From Escherichia coli (GTDB taxonomy: Bacteria > Pseudomonadota > Gammaproteobacteria > Enterobacterales > Enterobacteriaceae), in the NCBI RefSeq assembly GCF_050920415.1, contig NZ_CP169309.1: a stretch of 64,000 bases of DNA; one strand, written 5' to 3'. A program made the position numbers and the translations under genes. Positions 14,987-27,974 of the stretch are shown here, piece after piece. The notes beneath the pieces are model-generated. The model searched no databases and had not been told where the DNA came from. It worked only from the letters and a program-made list of their open reading frames with translations. Position 1 is the first letter of the stretch. Each line of letters begins with the position of its first letter.

Positions 14987-15610
14987 ATGCTCGTCTATTG
15001 GCTGGATATAGTCGGCACAGCGGTATTTGCCATCTCCGGCGTTTTGTTAGCCGGAAAATTGCGTATGGACCCTTTTGGTGTCCTGGTATTAGGCGTGGTT
15101 ACCGCAGTAGGCGGCGGGACAATTCGCGACATGGCGCTGGATCACGGCCCGGTCTTTTGGGTGAAAGATCCCACCGATCTGGTTGTTGCAATGGTGACCA
15201 GCATGCTGACGATCGTGCTGGTGCGCCAGCCAAGACGCTTACCGAAATGGATGTTGCCGGTGCTGGATGCCGTTGGTCTGGCGGTGTTTGTCGGCATTGG
15301 CGTGAATAAAGCCTTTAATGCGGAAGCCGGTCCGTTGATCGCGGTTTGTATGGGCGTCATTACTGGCGTTGGCGGCGGGATCATTCGTGATGTACTGGCC
15401 CGCGAAATCCCCATGATTTTACGCACAGAAATCTACGCAACGGCCTGTATTATCGGCGGTATTGTCCACGCTACGGCTTATTACACATTTTCCGTGCCCC
15501 TGGAAACAGCCAGTATGATGGGCATGGTCGTGACGCTATTGATTCGACTGGCGGCTATTCGTTGGCATCTTAAGCTACCGACGTTTGCGCTGGATGAGAA
15601 TGGGCGTTGA
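14987..15610 (+). CDS. yadS: UPF0126 family inner membrane protein
   Basis: 207 aa from MLVYWLDIVGTAVFAISG...; multi-pass hydrophobic; start chosen by length recall. Confidence 0.8.
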   Translation: MLVYWLDIVGTAVFAISGVLLAGKLRMDPFGVLVLGVVTAVGGGTIRDMALDHGPVFWVKDPTDLVVAMVTSMLTIVLVRQPRRLPKWMLPVLDAVGLAVFVGIGVNKAFNAEAGPLIAVCMGVITGVGGGIIRDVLAREIPMILRTEIYATACIIGGIVHATAYYTFSVPLETASMMGMVVTLLIRLAAIRWHLKLPTFALDENGR

Positions 15611-15620
15611 AGAGAGGAGA

Positions 15621-15645
15621 TGTGCCGGATAGCTTATCCGGCACA
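15621..15645. terminator. palindromic hairpin between convergent yadS and erpA
   Basis: TGTGCCGGATA-GCT-TATCCGGCACA perfect inverted repeat; no clear U-tract. Confidence 0.4.
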
Positions 15646-15656
15646 CGAATAAGAGA

Positions 15657-16001
15657 TTAGATGCTGAAGGAAGAACCGCAACCGCAGGTGCTTTTCGCGT
15701 TCGGGTTGGTCACGATGAAACGAGAACCTTCCAGACCTTCGGTATAGTCAACGGAACCGCCGACCAGATATTGCAGGCTCATCGGGTCAACCACCAGGCC
15801 TACGCCCTGTTTTTCGATGGTCATATCGCCTTCATTCACCTGATCATCAAAGGTGAAACCATACTGGAAGCCGCTACAACCGCCACCGGTGATATACACG
15901 CGTAATTTCAGATTCGGGTTATCTTCGTCAGCGATCAGGCTTTTAACTTTGTTGGCTGCTGCGTCGGTAAACTCCAGCGGCAGTGCTACGTCATCACTCA
16001 T
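15657..16001 (-). CDS. erpA: iron-sulfur cluster insertion protein (A-type carrier)
   Basis: 114 aa from [20 protein letters not shown]...; C-terminal CGCGSSF motif. Confidence 0.9.
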
Positions 16002-16082
16002 ATTTTGCTCCAAACGACATCGGCAATTGGGCAAATTCTAACCCAATAATAATCGCCATTATCTAATACCCTGGTATTTCGT

Positions 16083-17522
<1,440 letters not shown>

Positions 17523-17728
17523 TCATACAAATAAGATGACGGCATTTTACTCGCACGTTCCATGAAAATCCTTTGCAAAGCGTAATGTTTCAAATGCACA
17601 AAACTTTTATACTCTAAGAAATCAGGATTGTACCAGTACAAGCAACCTGACGTTTGACGAGTATTTAACTTGTTATGAATAACATAGAATAGCAGCCATT
17701 CACTTTTTCTACGAATCAGGAACCCTCC

Positions 17729-19009
17729 ATGAGTAAGTCTGAAAATCTATACAGCGCAGCGCGCGAGCTGATCCCTGGCGGTGTGAACTCCCCTGTTCGC
17801 GCCTTTACCGGCGTGGGCGGCACTCCACTGTTTATCGAAAAAGCGGACGGCGCTTATCTGTACGATGTTGATGGCAAAGCCTATATCGATTATGTCGGTT
17901 CCTGGGGGCCGATGGTGCTGGGCCATAACCATCCGGCGATCCGCAATGCCGTGATTGAAGCCGCCGAACGCGGTCTGAGCTTTGGCGCACCGACCGAAAT
18001 GGAAGTGAAAATGGCGCAACTGGTGACCGAACTGGTCCCGACCATGGATATGGTGCGCATGGTGAACTCCGGCACCGAAGCGACGATGAGCGCCATCCGC
18101 CTGGCCCGTGGTTTTACCGGTCGCGACAAAATCATTAAATTCGAAGGTTGCTACCACGGTCACGCTGACTGTCTGCTGGTAAAAGCCGGTTCTGGCGCAC
18201 TCACTTTAGGCCAGCCAAACTCGCCGGGCGTTCCGGCAGATTTCGCCAAACATACATTAACCTGTACTTATAACGATCTGGCCTCGGTACGCGCCGCGTT
18301 TGAGCAATACCCGCAAGAGATTGCCTGTATTATTGTCGAGCCAGTAGCAGGCAACATGAACTGTGTTCCGCCGCTGCCAGAGTTCCTGCCGGGTCTGCGC
18401 GCACTGTGCGACGAATTTGGCGCATTGCTGATCATCGATGAAGTGATGACCGGTTTCCGCGTGGCGCTGGCTGGCGCGCAGGATTATTACGACGTGGTGC
18501 CAGACCTCACCTGCCTGGGCAAAATCATCGGCGGTGGAATGCCGGTAGGCGCATTCGGTGGTCGTCGTGATGTGATGGATGCGCTGGCCCCAACCGGTCC
18601 GGTCTATCAGGCGGGTACGCTTTCCGGTAACCCGATTGCGATGGCAGCCGGTTTCGCCTGTCTGAATGAAGTCGCGCAGCCGGGCGTTCACGAGACGCTG
18701 GATGAGCTGACAACACGTCTGGCAGAAGGTCTGCTGGAAGCGGCAGAAGAAGCGGGAATTCCATTGGTCGTTAACCACGTTGGCGGCATGTTCGGTATTT
18801 TCTTTACCGACGCCGAGTCCGTGACGTGCTATCAGGATGTGATGGCCTGTGACGTGGAACGCTTTAAGCGTTTCTTCCATATGATGCTGGACGAAGGTGT
18901 TTACCTGGCACCGTCAGCGTTTGAAGCGGGCTTTATGTCTGTGGCGCACAGCATGGAAGATATCAATAACACCATCGATGCTGCACGTCGGGTGTTTGCG
19001 AAGTTGTGA
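17729..19009 (+). CDS. hemL: glutamate-1-semialdehyde 2,1-aminomutase
   Basis: 426 aa [29 protein letters not shown]... Confidence 0.95.
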   Translation: MSKSENLYSAARELIPGGVNSPVRAFTGVGGTPLFIEKADGAYLYDVDGKAYIDYVGSWGPMVLGHNHPAIRNAVIEAAERGLSFGAPTEMEVKMAQLVTELVPTMDMVRMVNSGTEATMSAIRLARGFTGRDKIIKFEGCYHGHADCLLVKAGSGALTLGQPNSPGVPADFAKHTLTCTYNDLASVRAAFEQYPQEIACIIVEPVAGNMNCVPPLPEFLPGLRALCDEFGALLIIDEVMTGFRVALAGAQDYYDVVPDLTCLGKIIGGGMPVGAFGGRRDVMDALAPTGPVYQAGTLSGNPIAMAAGFACLNEVAQPGVHETLDELTTRLAEGLLEAAEEAGIPLVVNHVGGMFGIFFTDAESVTCYQDVMACDVERFKRFFHMMLDEGVYLAPSAFEAGFMSVAHSMEDINNTIDAARRVFAKL

Positions 19010-19029
19010 TCCAGCATGGTTTGTCGGAT

Positions 19030-19112
19030 GCGGCGTAAACGCCTTATCCGACCTACAGATCAGGACCGTTTGTAGGCCCGATAAGACGCCACAGCGTCGC
19101 ATCGGGTATCCG
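19030..19112. repeat. REP/BIME cluster between convergent hemL and fhuB
   Basis: two oppositely oriented REP-like units: GGATGCGGCGTAAACGCCTTATCCGACCTACA and TGTAGGCCCGATAAGACGCC...GCGTCGCATCGGG. Confidence 0.6.
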
Positions 19113-19166
19113 TTGCCGCGTAAAAGCTTTATCCATCCAGGAGTTAAGGGCCGTTATATGGAAAAA

Positions 19167-21149
19167 TTAACGGCTCTGCTTTCTCAACAAATAGATAAAA
19201 TACGGCGCGCCGATAAAGGTCGACAGCAGCCCCGCTGGGATCTGGAATGGAAACAGCACCATCCGCCCACACCAGTCAGCGAACACCAGCAGTAAACCAC
19301 CCACCAGCGCCGAAATCACAATATGCGGCATCGTCCGTCGAAAGCCCATCATCCGCGCGATATGCGGTGCCATCAGACCAACAAAACTCAACGGTCCAAT
19401 GGTCATTGTCGCGGTCGCCGTCAGGCAAGCCGCCAGCAGCAGTAGCGCAATTCGCGTCGGCGTCAGCGCCATTCCCACTGCTCGTGCGGTATCACCGCCC
19501 AGCGGTAAAATGGTCAGCCAGCGGCGGCACAGCGGGGTAATCGCCAGCAAAATTACCATCACAATTCCCGTGCGCCAGACCTGCGCCTCGGTCGCGTTGT
19601 AGGTCGAACCGGAAATCCACGTCAGCACTTGCGCCATTCGCGGGTCACCACTTGCCTGCAACATCATCAAAAGCATGGTGAACGCGGTACTTAAGGCCAT
19701 CCCCGCCAGTAACATGCGGTGTGGGGAAAATCCACCGCGTCCGGCAGCGATCATAATGATCAACAGCGTCACCGCCGCGCCGAGACTGCCCGCGGGTAAC
19801 AGCCAGCCAAAGGCATTACCCGGCACCAAAAACAGCATCAATACCACACCAAACGCCGCGCCGGAACTAATCCCCAGCACTTCCGGGCTTGCCATCGGGT
19901 TTCCGGTCAGCCGCTGAATAATACAGCCCGCCACTGCCAGCATGATGCCCGCAAACAGTGCCGCCATAATTCGCGGCCAGCGCCAGGGCATTAAATCATC
20001 GAGCAGCGCCCCGCTCGCCCACGTCCAGCCGTGCGCATCACGACCAAACGACAGCGCCACCACCACAGCAATTATCAGCAGCACACCGCCAGCAAGGGCA
20101 AACGCCAGCACATGTTGGCGTTCAGTCGCGACACGATCGTTGGCCTTCATATCCGGCGCACTGATGCTGCGTAAACGCGGCAGCAGCCACAGCAGCAGCG
20201 GCGCACCGATGAGCGCAGTGACCGAACCGGTAGAAACTTCCATCCACACGCGAGTCAGCCAGAGGATGATTTGATCGGAAAGCCAGAGGATCAGCGCACC
20301 AATCAGTGACGCCAGCAGCAGTCTTGGCAGCAGACGCCGCGCCCCCAGCATTTTTGCCAGCAGCGGCGCGAACAACCCGATAAAGCCGATAATCCCCACC
20401 GCGTTCACCAGCAGCGCACTGATGACTATCGCCAGCGACAGCGCCGCCAGACGCGCGAGCGACAAGGCCAGCCCGAGATTGCGCGCCACGCCATCATCAA
20501 GCCCCATCAGGGTTAACGGACGAAGTAGCAGTAACGTCAGCATCACGCCGCCCAGCAACTGCGGCCATAAACGCTCAACGCCGCCCCAGTCGGTTTGCGT
20601 CAGCGTTCCGGTGCTCCACAGGAACATGCTTTGTAGCTGGTCGTGATGGAAGATAACCAGTAACTGATTGATTGCCCCGCAATAAAGGCTCACCACAAGC
20701 CCCGCGAGGATCAGCGTTACCGGAGAAAGCCGTTTCCCCCACGCGACGCCAAAGACAATTAAGCCAACCACACAAGCCCCTGCCAATGCAGCAAACTGGC
20801 TCGCCATCGCACCAGGGATCGCCCAGAGCGTGGTGACGGTAATCCCCAGTTGCGCGCCTGTAGCAACGCCCAACGTCGTCGGTTCCGCCAGCGGGTTACG
20901 CAGCACTTGCTGAAACAGCACGCCCACCAGCCCCAGGCCCGCGCCCACCAGCAGCAAAATCGCCAGACGCGGTAACAAGCTGTAGTGAAAAATCATCTGC
21001 TCGATGACATCGATATCCGGCGACCAGGTGGCCTGCACCCACTGGCTACGCGGCAGCGCCTGCGAGAAGTTCATCCAGGTGAGCATCGCTGCGGCAATCA
21101 CCAGCAGCGCCAACAATAACGCCGGGAAAAGCGCAATACGTTTACTCAC
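19167..21149 (-). CDS. fhuB: ferrichrome ABC transporter permease
   Basis: 660 aa, duplicated FecCD-type permease halves. Confidence 0.95.
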   Translation of the reverse strand: MSKRIALFPALLLALLVIAAAMLTWMNFSQALPRSQWVQATWSPDIDVIEQMIFHYSLLPRLAILLLVGAGLGLVGVLFQQVLRNPLAEPTTLGVATGAQLGITVTTLWAIPGAMASQFAALAGACVVGLIVFGVAWGKRLSPVTLILAGLVVSLYCGAINQLLVIFHHDQLQSMFLWSTGTLTQTDWGGVERLWPQLLGGVMLTLLLLRPLTLMGLDDGVARNLGLALSLARLAALSLAIVISALLVNAVGIIGFIGLFAPLLAKMLGARRLLPRLLLASLIGALILWLSDQIILWLTRVWMEVSTGSVTALIGAPLLLWLLPRLRSISAPDMKANDRVATERQHVLAFALAGGVLLIIAVVVALSFGRDAHGWTWASGALLDDLMPWRWPRIMAALFAGIMLAVAGCIIQRLTGNPMASPEVLGISSGAAFGVVLMLFLVPGNAFGWLLPAGSLGAAVTLLIIMIAAGRGGFSPHRMLLAGMALSTAFTMLLMMLQASGDPRMAQVLTWISGSTYNATEAQVWRTGIVMVILLAITPLCRRWLTILPLGGDTARAVGMALTPTRIALLLLAACLTATATMTIGPLSFVGLMAPHIARMMGFRRTMPHIVISALVGGLLLVFADWCGRMVLFPFQIPAGLLSTFIGAPYFIYLLRKQSR

Positions 21150-22036
21150 GCTTTACCTCCAATGGCGTTATCCAGAATACGCACAAAGTGCATTGCCGAG
21201 AGCGTCGCACCATAAAACCAGACTGCAGGTACGCGCTGAAAGCGTCCGGCGCGGACAAACGGCATAGCCTGCCACAGCGGGGTTGCCATTAGGGTATCCA
21301 TGTCTTTGCTGTTGTCGTGATCAAAACAGAGCACATCAACGTCTTTATACGCTGCCAGACGATCGATACTGACGGCGGTACTGCCCCAGAAGTTGGTTTC
21401 CCCTTGCCAGGCATTTGGGATGCCGTACTCATCAAGAATTTCCTGGAACAAGCTGTTTGGACCGAAGACCAGCATATGGCGCGGATCGATAAGTGTCGTC
21501 AGCAATAACGGGCGCGCACCACGCTTCACAAAGCGGGGTTTCATGCTGCGGATAAAGTCTTCATAGTGCGCTAAATGCGTTTCCGCTGCGCTTTGCAGGT
21601 TAAGTAAATCTGCCATTTCCGTCAGTGACTTACGCGCCATCGCCAGCGGCTGTTTGCCGTCGCTGAAGTTAAATCCGCGCCCAGGCGCAATGCGTGCCAG
21701 CATTTCTGGTGAAGGGCCATACCCTGCCGACCAGACCATAAACGACGGTTTCATTTCGGTCAGCAGTTCAAGGTTAGGTTCTGTACGCAAACCAACGTCA
21801 ATCACTGAATCCGGCAATGGTGGCTCGCTGACCCACAGGCGATAGTTGATGGTATCCGCCACGCCGTAAGGCACGATGCCGAGCGCCAGCAGTAATTCCA
21901 CCGGCAACCACTCCAGCGCCACAATACGCTTTGGATCAATAGCCGCCGCGCGGGCGGTATTCATCTGCCATAACAACGGAGAAAGCGCCATCGCCGTTAA
22001 CAGTCGACGGCGCGAAATAAGAGGTAAGCCGCTCAT
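21146..22036 (-). CDS. fhuD: ferrichrome periplasmic binding protein
   Basis: about 296 aa (MSGLPLISRRRLLTAMALSPLLW, Tat-like signal); the start may be one codon upstream at 22039; overlaps the fhuC stop. Confidence 0.88.
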   Translation of the reverse strand: MSGLPLISRRRLLTAMALSPLLWQMNTARAAAIDPKRIVALEWLPVELLLALGIVPYGVADTINYRLWVSEPPLPDSVIDVGLRTEPNLELLTEMKPSFMVWSAGYGPSPEMLARIAPGRGFNFSDGKQPLAMARKSLTEMADLLNLQSAAETHLAHYEDFIRSMKPRFVKRGARPLLLTTLIDPRHMLVFGPNSLFQEILDEYGIPNAWQGETNFWGSTAVSIDRLAAYKDVDVLCFDHDNSKDMDTLMATPLWQAMPFVRAGRFQRVPAVWFYGATLSAMHFVRILDNAIGGKA

Positions 22037-22833
22037 CAATAAACAAAACTCACAGGTGCAGCACCCGCCGGATGCGGCAAAATACCCATCGGGATGCCAT
22101 AAATCATTTCGAGGGTTTCGCCGCGCATAATTTCCGCAGGCGTTCCCTGAGCAATCATTTCACCGCCGCGCAGGGCGACCAGATAATCACAGTAACGCGC
22201 AGCCATATTGATATCGTGCAGCACGGCAATGACCGTCAGGCCACGCTCCTGACTTAAACGGTGCACCAGCGCCAGCACATCAACCTGGTGGGCGATATCC
22301 AGCGCCGAGGTCGGTTCGTCCAGCAACAGACAACGGCTATCCTGCGCCACCAGCATGGCGATCCACGCCCGTTGACGTTCGCCGCCAGAGAGGCTATCGA
22401 CCAGCCGATGCGCCAGCGGTTTTAAGCCAACCAGCGAGATAGCCTCTTCGACCTTTTCGCGATCTGCCGCGCCAAAGCGCCCCAGCGCGCCATGCCACGG
22501 GTAACGACCAATCGCCACCAGTTCACGCACCGTCATCCCTTCTGCCGGAGGAAGCTGCTGCGGCAAATAAGCCACTTTGCGAGCAAACGCTTTGCTGCTC
22601 CAGCTTTCCAGCGGCTGGGCATCAAGAAGAATCTCCCCTTCCGACGGCGGTTGGTGACGGCCAAGCATTTTGAGCAGAGTGGATTTACCAGAACCGTTGT
22701 GACCAATCAGACCGGTCACTTTCCCGGCAGGAAAGGTTAACGACAGCGGATGCAAAAGCGTGCGCCCGGGCACACGAAAGGAGATATTACGCAGTGCAAA
22801 AGTGGTATCGGAATGATTCGTGTATTCCTGCAT
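22036..22833 (-). CDS. fhuC: ferrichrome ABC transporter ATP-binding protein
   Basis: 265 aa from MQEYTNHSDTTFALRNISF...; Walker A GHNGSGKST, signature LSGGERQR. Confidence 0.9.
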   Translation of the reverse strand: MQEYTNHSDTTFALRNISFRVPGRTLLHPLSLTFPAGKVTGLIGHNGSGKSTLLKMLGRHQPPSEGEILLDAQPLESWSSKAFARKVAYLPQQLPPAEGMTVRELVAIGRYPWHGALGRFGAADREKVEEAISLVGLKPLAHRLVDSLSGGERQRAWIAMLVAQDSRCLLLDEPTSALDIAHQVDVLALVHRLSQERGLTVIAVLHDINMAARYCDYLVALRGGEMIAQGTPAEIMRGETLEMIYGIPMGILPHPAGAAPVSFVY

Positions 22834-22883
22834 AACAGCCAACTTGTGAAACGGGCACGGAAATCCGTGCCCCAAAAGAGAAA

Positions 22884-25127
22884 TTAGAAACGGAAGGTTG
22901 CGGTTGCAACGACCTGACGTTCTGCGCCCCAGAAGCAGCCATAGGTATTAAAGCAGCTGGCGACGTATTCACGATCGAACAGGTTGTTGACATGCAGCGC
23001 CACGTTGGAGCCCGCCATGCCGACTCGCGCCAGATCATAACGCACTAACGCATCCACGACCGTATAACTTCCCACTTTAAAGGAGTTAGCCGGATCACCA
23101 TAGCTGGAGCCTGTAAAGCGACCGCCAGTACCGAGCGTCAGGCCGGAGAGCGGGCCTTCAAAGAAGGTGTAGTCAGCCCACAGAGAAGCCATGTGTTTTG
23201 GCACCTGCGCAGGCGTGTTGCCTTTGTAGGTAGTATCGGTGGTGTATTCTGCATCGGTGTAAGTATAAGAACCAACTACGTTAACACTCGCCGACAGCGC
23301 CGCTTTCGCTTCGATTTCTACGCCACGCGCGCGGATTTCACCACCTTCAACCGAGAAGAAGGAACCCTCAGGGTCCGCCATCAGGTTGTTGGTTTTAGTG
23401 AGATTATACACAGCACCAGTAACCACAATTGGGCGATCTTCCGGTACATATTTCACGCCGACCTCATACTGCTTACCTTTAGACGGCGCAAAAATATTAC
23501 CATCCTTCCCAACTTGTGAAGAAGGTTCAAACGATTCGCTATAGCTGAAGTAAGGTGTTACACCATTATCAAACAGGTAGTTAACACCACCACGCCAGGT
23601 AAACTGTTTGTCATCACGTTTATCGGTCGTCCCTTCAACGCGGTTATGAGACTCTTGATCCGCCCAGTCATAACGACCGCCCAGGGTGACCAGCACTTTA
23701 TCCCACTGCGCCTGATCCTGAACATAAACACCCGTTTGTTTCTGCTTATTCAGAATGCGGTAAGGGCCGGAGTTTGCCGGATCTTTCGCATTGAAGTCGA
23801 AATCGGTATTCACCGGATTGTACAGATCGAGCAGCGGTACGGAGTCGTCGTAACCAAACCAGGCGTTGATGTCATTACGCATACGCATAAAGTCGACACC
23901 GGTCAGCAGAGTGTGGTCGATATCGCCAGTGGCAAACTTGCTCTGCAACTGGGTATCAACGGAGAAGTTTTGCAGCTTCTCATCATCAACGACGTATTTA
24001 CGTGCCAGGTAGTGACCTTTATCGGCTGGCGCTAAAGCGGCACACTGTTTGCTGTAAGCATTCGCCGGATCGGAGCAGACGCCGTAACCATAAACGCTGT
24101 TTTGCGAGGTTTTGTTTTCAGCAAAGCGCAGGTTCTGACGCACCGTAAAGGTGTCGTTAAATTCGTGATCGAAGCTGTAGCCCACCATCTTCTCATTACG
24201 AGAATAGGTGTTGTTCTTCGCCCCTTCGTTAAAATCTGTCGGCAGACGCTTACCGTTCGGCAGCGGCTCAACGGTTCCCTCTTTCGGCAGCCAGCCGTAA
24301 TAACCGGTTTCCGGCTCGTTCTGGAAGTAAAAAAGGAAGGTGAAATTGGTTTTATCATCCGGGCGCCAGGTGAACGCTGGAGCAATAGCATAACGCTGCT
24401 CTTCTGCCCCCTTCTGCTGAGCATTGGCTGAACGCGCAATACCAGTCAGACGATAAGAGTAAACGCCGTCATCATCCAGCGCATCACTGAAGTCAAAACC
24501 AGTCTGGAACAGGCTGTCAGTACCGGCTTTAAACTGAATTTCTTTCAGCGGTTCTGTAGTCGGGCGCTTGCTGACCATGTTCAACAGGCCGCCAGGACTG
24601 CTTTTACCGTAAAGCACTGAAACCGGACCACGCATAATTTCAGCGCGTTCCAGCATATACGGGTCAATAACTGCATCGTTATAGAAGTTGCCTTGCAACT
24701 TCAGACCGTTGAGATAGTTATTCTGGCTTTGGCCTTCTGCTGCAAAACCACGAATAATCAAATGATCATAAGTGTTTGATGCACCACGCGTACCGACCGA
24801 AACGCCTGGCGTATAGCTAAGAGCTTCTTTTACCGACTTCGGCTGATGCAGCGCCATCTCTTCGGCGGTCACAACAGAAATAGACTGTGGCACTTTTTGA
24901 ATCGGTGTATCGGTTTTGGTGCCGGTAGCGGACTGTCGCGCCGCAATAGTTGCAGCTGGCCCCCATGCGCTTTCTTGCGGCGCTGGTGCAGCGGTAACGG
25001 TGATAGTGTCTTCTTTCGGTTCAACCGCTGCCTGTGCGTAAACAGACATGCCGCTAACCGCTGTGGCTACTACAACTGCGATTTTACGCAGTGAGTGTTT
25101 TGGCTGAGCAGTTTTGGAACGCGCCAT
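22884..25127 (-). CDS. fhuA: TonB-dependent ferrichrome outer membrane receptor
   Basis: 747 aa; signal peptide, plug plus beta-barrel, C-terminal ...TATFRF. Confidence 0.95.
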   Translation of the reverse strand: MARSKTAQPKHSLRKIAVVVATAVSGMSVYAQAAVEPKEDTITVTAAPAPQESAWGPAATIAARQSATGTKTDTPIQKVPQSISVVTAEEMALHQPKSVKEALSYTPGVSVGTRGASNTYDHLIIRGFAAEGQSQNNYLNGLKLQGNFYNDAVIDPYMLERAEIMRGPVSVLYGKSSPGGLLNMVSKRPTTEPLKEIQFKAGTDSLFQTGFDFSDALDDDGVYSYRLTGIARSANAQQKGAEEQRYAIAPAFTWRPDDKTNFTFLFYFQNEPETGYYGWLPKEGTVEPLPNGKRLPTDFNEGAKNNTYSRNEKMVGYSFDHEFNDTFTVRQNLRFAENKTSQNSVYGYGVCSDPANAYSKQCAALAPADKGHYLARKYVVDDEKLQNFSVDTQLQSKFATGDIDHTLLTGVDFMRMRNDINAWFGYDDSVPLLDLYNPVNTDFDFNAKDPANSGPYRILNKQKQTGVYVQDQAQWDKVLVTLGGRYDWADQESHNRVEGTTDKRDDKQFTWRGGVNYLFDNGVTPYFSYSESFEPSSQVGKDGNIFAPSKGKQYEVGVKYVPEDRPIVVTGAVYNLTKTNNLMADPEGSFFSVEGGEIRARGVEIEAKAALSASVNVVGSYTYTDAEYTTDTTYKGNTPAQVPKHMASLWADYTFFEGPLSGLTLGTGGRFTGSSYGDPANSFKVGSYTVVDALVRYDLARVGMAGSNVALHVNNLFDREYVASCFNTYGCFWGAERQVVATATFRF

Positions 25128-25155
25128 TGGTATATCTCTGATGTAAAGTGAATGA

Positions 25156-25195
25156 TAACGTAAACGAGAATGATTATTATAAAGATAAGATAATA
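25156..25195 (-). promoter_or_regulatory. fhuA promoter with Fur-box-like sequence
   Basis: minus strand TTATCTTATCTTTATAATAATCATTCTCG resembles the GATAATGATAATCATTATC Fur consensus and overlaps a TATAAT -10. Confidence 0.45.
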
Positions 25196-25346
25196 TTCGA
25201 AACGCTGGCGGGTTCGCAAGCGGTACGCAATCTGAGCGTTCCTGAAGGGTTAATAAACAACCAGATGAAAAGAAAGGGTTAATACTTTAGGTGGGATGTT
25301 ATTTTACCGGATGGCAACTCGCCATCCGGTATGTCACGCTTAGACG

Positions 25347-27881
25347 TTAATTACTACCAAACATATCCTTGATCCAACCTGCTACGCCGTCACTGTCTTT
25401 CTGCTCTTGCTGAGCAGGTTGCTGTTGCGGCTGTTGCTGCGGCTGAGAAGACTGATCAAACGGATTGCCTGACGGTTGCTGCTGCATCTCACTCTGCTGG
25501 CACAGCGATTGCGGATCGCTGGTCCAGACCGGTAAGACACGCATGCCCCCGCTGCAGACAAAGTTGCCGTCGTAGTCCACGCCCATATCAGCAATGTCTT
25601 CTGGCGGAACAAGATTCAGCGGTGTTGGTGTCTGGTTAGCCAGATAACGCTGATAAATCGACATTGCCCCACTGGCACCATACAGTTTGGTCGGCTGGTT
25701 GTTATCACGGCCTACCCAGGTGATGGTCACCGTGCTGCCGTCAATGCCCGCAAACCAGGTATCCACGTTGTTGTTGGTAGTCCCGGTTTTGCCCGCCAGA
25801 TGCAGGTTCGGGTATTTCGCCCCAAGCTGACGACCCGTACCGCGTTGTACCACCTGCTGCATGGTCCATAGTGTCAGATACGCCGCCTGCGCCGGAACCG
25901 CGCGTTCCGCCTGCGGGAAGCTCTGATACAACACCTTGCCATCTTCCGCGATTACCGAACGCAGCGCAGAAAGCGGTGCTCGATTACCACCACTAGCGAT
26001 GGTCTGGAACGCCTGCGCCACTTCAATTGGCGTTAAGTTCAACGCCCCCAGCAGCATTGCCGGAACCGGATGCAGCTGATCTTTCGGTACGCCCAGTTTA
26101 ATCCAGGTATCCGTAACCGCAGGCAGACCCAGCGCCATCCCCAGATTCACCGTCGGCACGTTCATCGAACGTGTCAACGCATCCACCAGCATCACTCTGC
26201 CACTTTCGCTATAACGACGATCATCGTTCTGCGGTGACCAGACCTGGCCATTCGGCTGACGCAGCGCGATTGGCGCATCGGCAATCCACGTGTTCAGGCG
26301 ATAGATTTTCGGCTGGCTTAAGGCCGTCAGATAAGTCGCTGGTTTTGCAAGGGAACCAATCGAACGACGCGCCTGCATCGCACGGTTGTAACCTGCAAAC
26401 TGCGGCTCAGAACCACCAACCATCGCGCGAACTTCACCGCTAAAGCGGTCGACAACCACAATTGCCGTTTCCAGATCGCTCAGCTTTCGCTGTTTCTTCA
26501 GCGCCGGAATACCTTCCACGGCGGCTTTTTCTGCCGCGTCCTGGGCCACCGAGTCAAAGGTAGTGAAGATCTTCACGCCGGAGAGATCTTTCACTTTATC
26601 GCCCAGTTTCGCCTGTAGCTCCTGACGCACCAGTTGCATAAAGGCTGGCTGTGGAGAGATTACCCCGCCGCGCGGCTGAACCCCCAGCGGACGTGCACTC
26701 AACATGTCATAGAGCTCTTGATCAATAATCTGCTGTTGTTGCAGCAGACGCAGCACCAGGTTACGTCGCTCCAGCGCCAGTTTCGGGTTACGCCACGGGT
26801 TGTAGATGGACGCTCCTTTCACCATACCCACCAACAGCGCCTGCTGATCGAGGCTCAATTCTTCTACCGGGCGACCAAAGTAATACAAGCTCGCCAGCGG
26901 GAAGCCGCGGATTTCGTTGTCGCCGCTCTGACCGAGATACACCTCGTTCATATACAGCTCAAGAATGCGGTCTTTGCTGTAACGCGCATCCATGATCAGC
27001 GCCATGTAGGCTTCGTTCGCTTTACGCCAGTAAGAACGTTCGCTGGAGAGGAACAGGTTTTTCACCAACTGTTGCGTCAGCGTACTCGCTCCCTGCACCG
27101 TGCGTCCGGCGGTCAGGTTTGCCAGCACCGCACGTCCGATGGAGTAGAGACTGATCCCATCATGCTCGTAGAAATGACGGTCTTCTGTCGCCAGCAAAGT
27201 ATCCACCAGCAAATCCGGGAAACCACTGCGCGGCACAAACAGACGTTGCTCACCGTTTGGTGAAGAGATCATAGTGATCAGGCGCGGATCAAGACGGAAG
27301 AAACCGAACTGACGGTTGTTCTCCATATTGACGATCGTCGCCAGATGATCGCCATCAAAGGTCAGACGCGCACGCACCTGTCCTTCTTTGCTGTCCGGGA
27401 AATCAAACGGACGACGGATCATCTCAATGCTGTTGGCCTGCACGGTAAATTCGCCAGGGCGCGTCATTTTCGACACCTGACGATACTGGGTCGCCTCCAG
27501 CAGCTTCACCATCTCGTTTTTGCTGATGGTCATGTCTGGCTCAAGGTTGACCATTCGGCCATAAACAGCCGCAGGCAATTGCCAGACTTTGCCATCAATA
27601 CGGCTACGAATTTTTTGATCGAGATAAACGCCGTAAATGGCGATCAGCACGGCAAAAACAATAGCCAGTTTTAGCAGCAGCCATAGCCAGCCGCGTTTGC
27701 CACGAGGCTTACGCCCTTTGCCTTTGCCCTTACCTTTGCGCGGCATCGGTTCTTCATCCTCATAGTCATCATAATCGTCGTAATCATCGTCATCTTCGTA
27801 ACGACGACGGCTTACCTTTTGTTTGACCGGACGCGTCGGTTTCCCTTTGCGTCCAATTGGCTCGCGGTCATTCCCGGCCAT
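25347..27881 (-). CDS. mrcB: penicillin-binding protein 1B (bifunctional glycosyltransferase/transpeptidase)
   Basis: 844 aa from [15 protein letters not shown]...; acidic [15 protein letters not shown] tract; track ORF extends 5 codons upstream. Confidence 0.9.
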   Translation of the reverse strand: MAGNDREPIGRKGKPTRPVKQKVSRRRYEDDDDYDDYDDYEDEEPMPRKGKGKGKGRKPRGKRGWLWLLLKLAIVFAVLIAIYGVYLDQKIRSRIDGKVWQLPAAVYGRMVNLEPDMTISKNEMVKLLEATQYRQVSKMTRPGEFTVQANSIEMIRRPFDFPDSKEGQVRARLTFDGDHLATIVNMENNRQFGFFRLDPRLITMISSPNGEQRLFVPRSGFPDLLVDTLLATEDRHFYEHDGISLYSIGRAVLANLTAGRTVQGASTLTQQLVKNLFLSSERSYWRKANEAYMALIMDARYSKDRILELYMNEVYLGQSGDNEIRGFPLASLYYFGRPVEELSLDQQALLVGMVKGASIYNPWRNPKLALERRNLVLRLLQQQQIIDQELYDMLSARPLGVQPRGGVISPQPAFMQLVRQELQAKLGDKVKDLSGVKIFTTFDSVAQDAAEKAAVEGIPALKKQRKLSDLETAIVVVDRFSGEVRAMVGGSEPQFAGYNRAMQARRSIGSLAKPATYLTALSQPKIYRLNTWIADAPIALRQPNGQVWSPQNDDRRYSESGRVMLVDALTRSMNVPTVNLGMALGLPAVTDTWIKLGVPKDQLHPVPAMLLGALNLTPIEVAQAFQTIASGGNRAPLSALRSVIAEDGKVLYQSFPQAERAVPAQAAYLTLWTMQQVVQRGTGRQLGAKYPNLHLAGKTGTTNNNVDTWFAGIDGSTVTITWVGRDNNQPTKLYGASGAMSIYQRYLANQTPTPLNLVPPEDIADMGVDYDGNFVCSGGMRVLPVWTSDPQSLCQQSEMQQQPSGNPFDQSSQPQQQPQQQPAQQEQKDSDGVAGWIKDMFGSN

Positions 27882-27974
27882 GCTTTTTCTCCGCAATATT
27901 CAGGCGCAAAAGCCCGATTTTCTGTTCTTCTGTAACAAGACAGAAGAAGATATCTCTCAAATTTACTTTGGTCT

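Noticed and set aside
15621-15645. Possible REP element between yadS and erpA
   Set aside because: Perfect simple palindrome without the REP consensus (no GCGGCG...CGCC core); treated as a terminator-type hairpin instead.
18257-18880. 207 aa minus-strand ORF
   Set aside because: Antisense to hemL; shadow frame.
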